From: Burkholderiales bacterium
Lineage (GTDB): Bacteria; Pseudomonadota; Gammaproteobacteria; Burkholderiales; SG8-39
Length of the DNA: 64,000 nucleotides
Direction: 5' to 3'
Assembly: GCA_035308765.1 (NCBI GenBank)
Contig: DATGGA010000064.1
Coordinates: 39,310-103,309, forward strand
Below are positions 48,698-56,700 of the stretch, piece by piece (positions within the stretch are counted from its first letter, which is position 1; each line of letters opens with the position of its first letter). The translations under genes and the position numbers were made by a program. The notes beneath the pieces are model-generated. The model was given only the letters and a program-made list of their open reading frames with translations. It had not been told where the DNA came from and ran no database searches.

Positions 48698-50572
48698 GTG
48701 CTCAATCAAGCCTTCGAGCAAAGCCTTTTTTTGCGGCTCCGGCATCACGGTGCCTCGGGGCAGGCCGTGGACAATGACCTGCCGCGCGAACCGGAACGGC
48801 GCCTGCTCGGCGAATGCCTGACACAGGGCAGACTGCGGACGGTGTTCCAGCCGATCCTTGATTTGCGGCGGGGTTCCGTATTCGCCCATGAGGCGCTGTC
48901 GCGCGGTCCGGCCGGCACGGCGTTCGAATCGGCGCTGTCGATATTCCAGCTCGCGCGCGAGCACGGCTTCTCCAGCGACCTGGAACTGGTCGCGGTGCGC
49001 GGTGCTCTCCAGCGGTTCGCCGCCCTGGGCGCGGAAGGCAAGCTGTTCGTGAACTTCAGCGCGCTTGCGCTCGCGGAACGCCGCGTCGGGGGCGGGATCA
49101 TCCTCGAATACCTGCGGGGTTGCGGGCTCTCGCCCAAGCAGGTGGTGATCGAGCTTTCCGAAAACCATGCGATCGTCGATGCCTCGCCGGCATGGGCGGC
49201 GCTGCTCCAGTGCAGGAAGGAAGGATTCGAAATCGCCATCGACGACCTGGGTGAAGGATTCGCCAGCCTGCGCCTGTGGTCGGAATTGCGCCCGGAGTAC
49301 GTCAAGTTGGACCGGCATTTCATCCACGGCATCCATAGCGACCCCGTAAAGCTGCAGATCGCGCGCGCGATCCAGCAGATCGCGCAGGTCGCGGGCGGCG
49401 CCGTGATCGCCGAGGGTATCGAGGAGACGGCCGATTTCCAGGTGGTGCGCGATCTCGGCATCAGCTACTGCCAGGGCTACCTGATCGGCTACCCTGCCGC
49501 GGCTCCGGACGAGGCTGCGCCGGTCGAATTGTGGCAACGCTTGTCGCTCGAACCGGTGCTGGCGTTTCCGCTTCCCGGCCACAGCGTCAATCGGGTCACC
49601 GCCAGGAAACTGCTGAAGCGCGTCGATCCGGTTTCGCCGGCGACGGAAAACGACGTCGTCTACGCGCGTTTCGAGAGCGAGCCCGATCTTCAGGTCATAC
49701 CAGTGGTCGACGGGGCGGTGCCGCGCGGCCTGATCAACCGCAACTCGATCATCGACCGCTTCGCGCGGCCTTACCGGCGAGAACTGTTCGGCCGCAAGCC
49801 TTGCGCGGCATTCATGAACGGCAAGCCCCTGATCGTCGACGCCGATATCAGCATCCAGAAAATCAGCATGATGCTGACCGAGGGCGACGACCACGCGCTT
49901 TACGACGGCTTCATCATTGTCGAAGGAGGCCGCTACGCCGGCGTCGGTACCAGCCAGAATCTGATCCGCGAGATCAATGCCCAGCAGATCGTCGCCGCCC
50001 GTTACGCCAATCCCCTGACGCTGCTGCCGGGGAACGTGCCGATCGCCGAGCACATTTCGCGGCTTCTGACGCAGGGGCGCGATTTCGTCGCCTGCTATGC
50101 GGATCTCGACAATTTCAAGCCCTTCAACGACGTCTACGGCTATCACCGCGGCGACGAAGTGATCCAGCTCGCGGCGCGCGCCCTTGCCGACGCCTGCGAT
50201 CCGCAACTCGACTTCTGCGGCCACGTCGGCGGCGACGATTTCGTCGTCGTCATGCAGAGCGCGGACTGGGAAACCCGCTGCCAGCGCGCGCTGACGACCT
50301 TCGGCGAGCGCGTCACGGCGCTGTTCTCTAGCGAGGACCGCGAGCGCGGCGGCTTCCTCGCGGAAGACCGGCGCGGCGAGAAGCAGAAATTCGGCCTGAC
50401 CAGCCTGTCCATCGGCGTCGTTCCGGTGGAGCGCGCCACTTTCAACACGCATTCGGAGGTGGCGGCGGCGGCGACCGAGGCGAAGAAGATGGCCAAGCGC
50501 GAGCCCGGCAACGCGCTGTTCGTCGAACGTCGCCGCTACCCGACGAGCTCGCTCAGGCCGCTCGCCGAGTAA
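48698..50572 (+). CDS. c-di-GMP signalling protein: EAL phosphodiesterase - CBS pair - GGDEF-like (GGDDF) domain
   Basis: EAL motifs (HEALSRG, DDLGEGFASL, EGIE). A central CBS pair. The C-terminal cyclase-like domain has DLDNFKPFND and HVGGDDFVVV. Confidence 0.8.
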   Translation: MLNQAFEQSLFLRLRHHGASGQAVDNDLPREPERRLLGECLTQGRLRTVFQPILDLRRGSVFAHEALSRGPAGTAFESALSIFQLAREHGFSSDLELVAVRGALQRFAALGAEGKLFVNFSALALAERRVGGGIILEYLRGCGLSPKQVVIELSENHAIVDASPAWAALLQCRKEGFEIAIDDLGEGFASLRLWSELRPEYVKLDRHFIHGIHSDPVKLQIARAIQQIAQVAGGAVIAEGIEETADFQVVRDLGISYCQGYLIGYPAAAPDEAAPVELWQRLSLEPVLAFPLPGHSVNRVTARKLLKRVDPVSPATENDVVYARFESEPDLQVIPVVDGAVPRGLINRNSIIDRFARPYRRELFGRKPCAAFMNGKPLIVDADISIQKISMMLTEGDDHALYDGFIIVEGGRYAGVGTSQNLIREINAQQIVAARYANPLTLLPGNVPIAEHISRLLTQGRDFVACYADLDNFKPFNDVYGYHRGDEVIQLAARALADACDPQLDFCGHVGGDDFVVVMQSADWETRCQRALTTFGERVTALFSSEDRERGGFLAEDRRGEKQKFGLTSLSIGVVPVERATFNTHSEVAAAATEAKKMAKREPGNALFVERRRYPTSSLRPLAE

Positions 50573-50750
50573 CGCCCGGCGCACGAGATTTTCGCCGCAC
50601 GCAACAAGCTCCTGCGGGGACAAGGCGCTAGCGATTGAAATTCCAGTGGCGATTTATCTTCTCGCAGCCCGAGCGCTGATTTGCTTGAGGAAACTTTCTT
50701 TCAGGGGAAATTTCGACTCAAGTATTGTCAATGCCCGCAAGGCGATTAAT

Positions 50751-50960
50751 ATGCGCTTGTCAAAACTCTCCCGAGCGATCTCTATGCAAACGCCAAGCCG
50801 CAATCCAGAGCCGCGCGAATTGACCTGGGTCGACTATATCGACAGCCTGAAGCGCCGCGCGTGGGATGAGCGTTTTCCGGGGAAGAAAAGTCCCGGTGCT
50901 TTCGCTGTCCCGGCGCCCGTCGATGGGCTCGCGAAACAGCGCGACCGGCAGATCCAGTAA
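50751..50960 (+). CDS. small hypothetical protein (weak call)
   Basis: 69 aa from the ATG at 50751 within ORF 50646..50960. The 3' two-thirds shows GC3-rich codon use. No recognisable motif. Lies in a lower-GC spacer. Confidence 0.25.
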   Translation: MRLSKLSRAISMQTPSRNPEPRELTWVDYIDSLKRRAWDERFPGKKSPGAFAVPAPVDGLAKQRDRQIQ

Positions 50961-51053
50961 CGCAGGGCGGGAATCCCGGACCGCAGCGGGCACGCGTTGC
51001 GCTGCGGTGACTGGCAATGAACGCCGCCGGTCAAAAATAGGATGCGCAGCGCG

Positions 51054-51087
51054 CAGTCATAAAAGTTTCACGCCGAGCCTCTAGCAT
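51054..51087 (+). promoter_or_regulatory. Pho box plus -10 upstream of phnH-phoD-NPP operon
   Basis: CAGTCAT-aaaa-GTTTCAC (51054-51071), 10 nt, then TAGCAT (51082-51087). The ATG at 51097 lies only 9 nt past the -10. Confidence 0.6.
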
Positions 51088-51096
51088 CCTCGCATC

Positions 51097-51714
51097 ATGT
51101 TCAAGGCAAGTGAACGAGGGAGCGCCAAACGCCGCAAGTCCGGATTCGCCGACCCCGTTCTCGACAGTCAGGTCGCGTTCCACGGTTGCCGCGCCGTGCT
51201 GGCGACGCCGGGAGCGGTGGTCAGGCTTGGCGCCGGGCTGGAATCGCTGGGGAACCTGCACGCGGCGGCGAGCGCGCTGCTGCTGGTTCTGCTGGACCAG
51301 GACACGCGGTTGTGGCTTTCTCCCGGCGCGGCGGCCGATGGCGCCGCGGCGAGCCTGAAGTTTCACACCGGATGCTCGATGGCGGCATTCCCGCGAGAAG
51401 CTGATTTTGGCCTGGTGGCCGGCACCGAGGAGCTGCCCCCGCTGGAGTCGTTCAGCGCAGACTCGAAGGAATATCCCGAGCGTTCCGCGACCGTCGTGCT
51501 ACAGGTGCCCGCCATTCTTGAATCGGGCTGGCGCCTCACCGGCCCGGGCATCCGCGATGAGGTTCGCCTGTCGGTGCCTGCGCTCGGCGACGGATTCCTC
51601 TCGCAGTGGGAGCGCAATCGGGCACGATTCCCGCGCGGTGTCGATCTGTATCTCTCCTGCGGCGACCGCTTGTGCGGCCTGCCGCGCACGACGCGCATAG
51701 ACATCTCGACATAG
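51097..51714 (+). CDS. phnH: PhnH (carbon-phosphorus lyase core-complex subunit) homologue, orphan
   Basis: Collinear with E. coli PhnH: LLVLLDQDTRLWLS / LLTLADNDTPVWLS; LKFHTG / LRFHTN; ATVVLQV / ATLILQV; RLTGPGI / RLTGAGI; FPRGVDLYLSCGDRLCGLPRTTRIDI / [26 protein letters not shown]. Confidence 0.8.
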   Translation: MFKASERGSAKRRKSGFADPVLDSQVAFHGCRAVLATPGAVVRLGAGLESLGNLHAAASALLLVLLDQDTRLWLSPGAAADGAAASLKFHTGCSMAAFPREADFGLVAGTEELPPLESFSADSKEYPERSATVVLQVPAILESGWRLTGPGIRDEVRLSVPALGDGFLSQWERNRARFPRGVDLYLSCGDRLCGLPRTTRIDIST

Positions 51715-51717
51715 GCC

Positions 51718-53292
51718 ATGAAAACCAACTACCGACGCCGCTTTCTCAAGAATTCGATCGCCTCCAGCGTTGCGCTGTCCTTCCCCGCGCTGGCCCAGGC
51801 GCCCGCCGTCATCACCTCCGAGCGCACACGCCCGCAGATCGCCTCCGGCATCCAGATCGGCGACGTGACTGCGGACCGCGCGATGGTGTGGAGCCGCTCG
51901 GACCGGCCGGCGCGCCTGGTCGTGGAGCGCGCGTACAAGGCGGATTTCAGCGACGTGGTGCGCGTGCGCGGCCCGCTGGCGCTGGAAACGTCCGATTACA
52001 CCGCGCGCGTCGATCTGACAGGGCTGCCGAACGACCGCGAAGTGTTTGTGCGCGTGATGTTCGAAAGCCTCTCCAGCGAACGGACGCTGTCGGAACCCGT
52101 GGGCGGGCGCTTCCTGACCATGCCGAGCAAGCGGCGCGACGTGAGCTTCGCGTGGTCGGGCGACACGGCCGGGCAGGGCTGGGGCATCAACAAGGACTGG
52201 GGCGGCATGAAATGCTACGAGGCGGTGCGCCGCGACCGCCCGGATTTCTTCATCCACTGCGGCGACACCATCTACGCCGACGGCCCGATGGTGGCTGAAG
52301 TGAAGCAGGCCGACGGCTATGTATGGAAAAACCTCATCACCGAAGAAGTCAGCAAGGTGGCCGAAACGCTGAAGGAGTTCCGGGGCCGCTATGCCTACAA
52401 CCTGATGGACGACAACGTGCGCCGCATGTCGGCCGAGGTGCCGCAGATCTGGCAGTGGGACGACCACGAGGTGAACAACAACTGGTCCGACAGCAAGGAC
52501 CTCTCCGCCGACAAGCGCTACACCGAGAAGAACGAGCAACTGCTGGTCGCGCGCGCCACGCGCGCCTTCCTCGAATACGCGCCGCTGCGCTACCACGGCG
52601 CGGACGAGTCCGAGCGCGTCTACCGCAAGATCTCCTACGGACCGCTGCTGGACGTGTTCGTGCTCGACATGCGCAGCTATCGCGGCGCCAATTCATACAA
52701 CCGGCAGGAGCAGCCGGGGCCGGACGCAGCCTTCCTCGGGCCGCAGCAGCTCGCCTGGCTGAAGGAAGGGCTGGCGCGCTCGAAGGCACAGTGGAAGGTG
52801 GTGTCCGCCGACATGCCGCTCAGCCTCCTGGTCGACGACGGCAAGGATGCGCAGGGGCGGCAGATGTTCGAGGCGGTCGCCAACGGCGACGGCCCGGTGC
52901 TGGGGAGGGAATTCGAATTCGCGGATTTATTTTCTTTTTTAAGGAAGCAAAAAGTCAGGAATACGGTATGGATAACGGCAGACGTCCACTATTGCGCCGC
53001 GCACTACTACGACCCCGCAAAGGCGCAGTTCCGGGACTTCGATCCGTTCTGGGAATTCGTCAGCGGGCCGATCCACGCCGGCGGTTTCGGGCCCAACCCG
53101 CTGGACGACACCTTCGGCCCGCAGGTCGCGTTCCAGAAAGCGCCCGGCAAGGTGAATGCCTCGCCTACCGAGGGCGGCCAGTACTACGGTCTGGTGAAAA
53201 TAGACGCGAAGACAGGGGTGCTGAAAGTCCAGCTCAAGGACCTGAACGCGACCGTGCTCTACGAAAAAATCCTCGAAACCCGGAAAGCCTGA
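51718..53292 (+). CDS. phoD: PhoD-family alkaline phosphatase/phosphodiesterase with Tat signal
   Basis: Twin-arginine signal RRRFLK...ALAQA. PhoD-like metallophosphatase motifs (FIHCGDTIYAD, WDDHEV.NNW). Confidence 0.85.
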   Translation: MKTNYRRRFLKNSIASSVALSFPALAQAPAVITSERTRPQIASGIQIGDVTADRAMVWSRSDRPARLVVERAYKADFSDVVRVRGPLALETSDYTARVDLTGLPNDREVFVRVMFESLSSERTLSEPVGGRFLTMPSKRRDVSFAWSGDTAGQGWGINKDWGGMKCYEAVRRDRPDFFIHCGDTIYADGPMVAEVKQADGYVWKNLITEEVSKVAETLKEFRGRYAYNLMDDNVRRMSAEVPQIWQWDDHEVNNNWSDSKDLSADKRYTEKNEQLLVARATRAFLEYAPLRYHGADESERVYRKISYGPLLDVFVLDMRSYRGANSYNRQEQPGPDAAFLGPQQLAWLKEGLARSKAQWKVVSADMPLSLLVDDGKDAQGRQMFEAVANGDGPVLGREFEFADLFSFLRKQKVRNTVWITADVHYCAAHYYDPAKAQFRDFDPFWEFVSGPIHAGGFGPNPLDDTFGPQVAFQKAPGKVNASPTEGGQYYGLVKIDAKTGVLKVQLKDLNATVLYEKILETRKA

Positions 53293-53301
53293 CCGCCGAC
53301 C

Positions 53302-55113
53302 ATGAACCGGAGTGCCGCGTTCCTCGCCATTGCCTTTGCCGTCGTCCTTGCGTCGAGCCGCCCCGCGATTGCGGCGGATCAGACCCATAACGTCATCCTG
53401 TTCGTGCCGGACGGGCTGCGCGCGCTCATGGTCAGTGGGCAAAATGCCCCCGCGATGGCGGCGCTGCGCGACCAAGGGGTGAATTTCAGAAACAGCCATT
53501 CACTGTTTCCGACGTTCACCATGCCGAATTCTTCGGCCATGGCCACCGGCCATTACCTCGGCGACACCGGCGGGTTCGGCAATACGCTCTTTTCCGGCGT
53601 TCCCGTTCTCGCGGCTGACGGCGCCGTCACCCCCTTCATCGAGAACGACGCGGTGCTGGGCGAACTCGACGAGCGCTTCGGCGGCGATTTCCTGAACGAG
53701 ACGACCCTGCTCGCGGCGGCGCGCGCGGCCGGACTCAGTACGGCGGCCATCGGCAAGGTCGGTCCGACCCTGGTGTTCGACCACACCGCGCGCACCGGCG
53801 AGTCCACTATCGTGTTGGATGACGCCACCGGCAGCCCGAGCGGAATCCCGCTTTCGCGGGCGGTCATCGGCGCGCTCAATGCGGCCGGACTGCCGGTCGT
53901 CGCCCCGTCGAGGGGAGAGAACGGCAAGGCCGGCAATGCACAGACGGCCGGCACGACGGCCGCCAATATCGCGCAGCAGGACTACTTTGCGGATGCCGCG
54001 AGCAAAGTCGTGCTGCCGATGTTCAAGGCCCGCGGCGCGCCGTTCATGCTGGTGTTCTGGTCGCGGGATCCCGACGGCTCGCAGCATAACCAGGGCGACA
54101 GCCTGAACCGGCTCACGCCAGGGATCAACGGCCCGACGTCGCTCGCCGCGATCCGCAACGCGGACAACGATCTGGCGAGGCTGCGCGCTGCGCTGAACGC
54201 TCTCGGCCTGACGGAGACGACCGACATCCTGATTGCTGCCGACCACGGGTTCTCCACCATCTCGAAGGAAAGCAGGACCAGCCCCGCCGCGAGGCAAAGC
54301 TATGCCGACGTGCCGCAGAATTTTCTGCCGCCGGGCTTCCTCGCCCTAGATCTCGCGAAGGCGCTCGGGTTGCCGCTGCTCGACCCGAATGCGCGTAACG
54401 CGCCGGTTGCAGAAGGAAGTCACCCGCGAGGGGGCAACGGATTGCTCGGCAGCGATCCGGCGCGGCCCGAGGTCGTGGTCGCGGCGAACGGGGGATCGGA
54501 CCTCGTCTATCTGCCAAATGGCGACGGGAAGCTCGCGGCAAAAGTAATCGAAGCGCTGCTCGCGCAGGACTATGTCAGCGGCCTGTTCGTCGATGAATCC
54601 CTGGGCCGCTTTCCCGGCACGCTGCCGCTGGGCAGCATCAACCTTCGCGGCTCGGCAGTGACGCCGAAACCCGCGATCGCGGTCAACTTCCGCAGCTTCT
54701 CGACCGGCTGCGACCAGCCCACCAACTGCACGGCCGAGGTCGCCGACACGACCCTGCAGCAGGGCCAGGGGATGCACGGCAACTTCAGCCGCGCCGACAC
54801 CTTGAACTTCATGGCCGCGATCGGCCCGGATTTCAAGGCGGGATTCGTGGACGAGGCGCCGGTCAGCAACGCCGATATCGGACGAACCATCACGAAAATT
54901 CTCGGCCTGCGCGTTGCGGACAATGGAAAGCTGGCCGGACGCGTGCTCGCCGAGGCCATGCCGGGAGGAAAAGCTCCCGCGCATGTCAAGCGGCTGCTGC
55001 GCTCTGCGCAAGCGAGGAACGGACTTCGAACCGTCCTCCAATATCAGGCGGTCGGCAAGACCCGGTATTTCGACGCTGGCGGTCTCCCCGGTTTCACAGT
55101 CGGGCTGCCCTGA
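53302..55113 (+). CDS. secreted alkaline-phosphatase-superfamily enzyme (nucleotide pyrophosphatase/phosphodiesterase-like)
   Basis: Signal peptide. VILFVPDGLR and FPTFTMPNSSAMATGHY (metal/nucleophile region of NPP-type enzymes). ADHGFS motif. Confidence 0.72.
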   Translation: MNRSAAFLAIAFAVVLASSRPAIAADQTHNVILFVPDGLRALMVSGQNAPAMAALRDQGVNFRNSHSLFPTFTMPNSSAMATGHYLGDTGGFGNTLFSGVPVLAADGAVTPFIENDAVLGELDERFGGDFLNETTLLAAARAAGLSTAAIGKVGPTLVFDHTARTGESTIVLDDATGSPSGIPLSRAVIGALNAAGLPVVAPSRGENGKAGNAQTAGTTAANIAQQDYFADAASKVVLPMFKARGAPFMLVFWSRDPDGSQHNQGDSLNRLTPGINGPTSLAAIRNADNDLARLRAALNALGLTETTDILIAADHGFSTISKESRTSPAARQSYADVPQNFLPPGFLALDLAKALGLPLLDPNARNAPVAEGSHPRGGNGLLGSDPARPEVVVAANGGSDLVYLPNGDGKLAAKVIEALLAQDYVSGLFVDESLGRFPGTLPLGSINLRGSAVTPKPAIAVNFRSFSTGCDQPTNCTAEVADTTLQQGQGMHGNFSRADTLNFMAAIGPDFKAGFVDEAPVSNADIGRTITKILGLRVADNGKLAGRVLAEAMPGGKAPAHVKRLLRSAQARNGLRTVLQYQAVGKTRYFDAGGLPGFTVGLP

Positions 55114-55158
55114 CCGGAGCCGCTTGGCGGTAAACTGCCGCCTTCCGAGGAGGTCAGC

Positions 55159-56253
55159 ATGGCCTTGCAGAAAGAAGCGTTCCACCAGGCTTCGCCGACC
55201 GAAGCTTTTCTCATGGACTGCTGGTACGTGGCGGCCTGGGACCACGAGCTGATCGACGGCAAGCTGCTCGCGCGCACCATCCTCGACAAGCCCGTCGTGC
55301 TGTACAAGGGCGACAGCGGCAAGGCGGTGGCGCTGGACGACCGCTGCTGCCACCGCGGCGCGAAGCTGTCCATGGGCCGGCGCGAGGGCGATTGCCTGCG
55401 CTGCATGTATCACGGCCTCAAGTTCGACGCGACCGGCAAGTGCGTGCAGATCCCCGGCCAGGACAACATCCCGCCCAAGCTCGGCGTGCGAGGCTACCCG
55501 GTGGTAGAGCGCGATCACCTGGCCTGGATCTGGATGGGCGATCCGGCGAAGGCGGACCCGGCGAAGATCCTCGACTTTCCGTACATGCGCGACGTAGGCT
55601 GGCGCGGGCACCCCGGCTACCTGCACTACGACGCGAACTACCTGCTGATCGTGGACAACCTCTCGGACTTCGCGCACCTCGCCTTCGTGCACGCCAAGAC
55701 GCTGGGCGGCTCGGAAGAGTACGCATTCAAGTCCAAGCCGACGGCGATCGAGCGGCTCGACGACGGCTTCCGCGTCGAGCGCTGGCACATGAACGCGCCG
55801 CAGCCGCCGTTCCACAAGAAGGTGGTGCGCGACGCCGGCCCTGTCGACCGCCGCAACATCGCGCGGATGCACGTGCCGGGCATCTTCTTCATGGAAACCC
55901 TGTTCTCGCCGGCCGGCTCAGGGGCGGAAAAAGGCAACTTGGCGGGCGCAAAGCAGTATCGCAACTGCCAGTTCTTCACGCCGGAAACCGCGCGCAGCAC
56001 GCATTTCTTCTGGGACTACCTGCACGATTACGAGCTGCAGGATCCGAACATCGCGCTGTCGCTCTATCACAGCATGGTGGATGGCTTCATGGAGGACAAG
56101 GCGATCATCGAGACCCAGCAGAAAACGCTGGAAGCCGGCCCCGCATTCCAGATGAACGCGATTGTGTCGGATGCACCGCTGGTGCACTTCCGGCGCACGC
56201 TGGCGCGCATGATCGAGGCAGAGCGGGCGGGCCCGAAAGCCGTCGCAGCCTAG
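55159..56253 (+). CDS. Rieske [2Fe-2S] non-haem iron oxygenase, VanA-like alpha subunit
   Basis: Rieske motif CCHRG...CMYHG. Mononuclear iron region NLSDFAHLAFVH. Confidence 0.8.
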   Translation: MALQKEAFHQASPTEAFLMDCWYVAAWDHELIDGKLLARTILDKPVVLYKGDSGKAVALDDRCCHRGAKLSMGRREGDCLRCMYHGLKFDATGKCVQIPGQDNIPPKLGVRGYPVVERDHLAWIWMGDPAKADPAKILDFPYMRDVGWRGHPGYLHYDANYLLIVDNLSDFAHLAFVHAKTLGGSEEYAFKSKPTAIERLDDGFRVERWHMNAPQPPFHKKVVRDAGPVDRRNIARMHVPGIFFMETLFSPAGSGAEKGNLAGAKQYRNCQFFTPETARSTHFFWDYLHDYELQDPNIALSLYHSMVDGFMEDKAIIETQQKTLEAGPAFQMNAIVSDAPLVHFRRTLARMIEAERAGPKAVAA

Positions 56254-56266
56254 CCCAGGTCCTTCG

Positions 56267-56650
56267 TTGTACAGCCACGTCACGCTCGGCACCGACGACC
56301 TTCCGCGCGCGGAGAAGTTCTACGATTCGGTGATGGCGGTGCTCGGCCACCCGGTGCTGTTCAAAAACGCGAAGTTCCTGGCTTACGGCGAGGCGACCGG
56401 CGAGAAGCTGTTCATCGTGCCGCCCTTCGATGGCAAGGAGGCGCGTCCGGGAAACGGCGTCCACGCGGCTTTCAAGGTCGACAGCCGCGCCAAGGTTGAC
56501 GCCTTTCACGCGGCGGCGCTGGAGAACGGCGGCACCGACGAGGGTGCGCCCGGCCTGCGGCCGCACTACCACCCCAACTATTACGGCGCCTACGTGCGCG
56601 ACCCGGACGGCAACAAGATCCAGGCCGTTTGCCACCGCAAGGAACGATAG
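56267..56650 (+). CDS. VOC (glyoxalase/bleomycin-resistance/dioxygenase) family protein
   Basis: 127 aa, TTG start. HVTLGTDDL and YGAYVRDPDGNKI motifs. Confidence 0.7.
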   Translation: MYSHVTLGTDDLPRAEKFYDSVMAVLGHPVLFKNAKFLAYGEATGEKLFIVPPFDGKEARPGNGVHAAFKVDSRAKVDAFHAAALENGGTDEGAPGLRPHYHPNYYGAYVRDPDGNKIQAVCHRKER

Positions 56651-56700
56651 AACGCTCCTGGAACGTTCCGGGCAAAACGTTCCCTAGAACGTTCCTGGAA
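56641..56700. repeat. cluster of GAACGTTCC-type palindromic repeats in convergent intergenic spacer (candidate bidirectional terminator or operator)
   Basis: ggaacgat, agaacgct, GGAACGTTCC, aaAACGTTCC and aGAACGTTCC all fall within 60 nt. cctggaacgttccggg is a near-perfect 16-nt palindrome. Copies 3 and 5 can pair as a 9-bp stem. Confidence 0.5.

Noticed and set aside
48671-50623. 650-aa minus-strand ORF antisense to the EAL-CBS-GGDEF gene
   Set aside because: Shadow ORF. The EAL and GGDEF-like motifs are on the plus strand.
54346-55872. 508-aa minus-strand ORF spanning the NPP-like and Rieske oxygenase genes
   Set aside because: It crosses an intergenic gap between two recognisable plus-strand genes. 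Shadow ORF.
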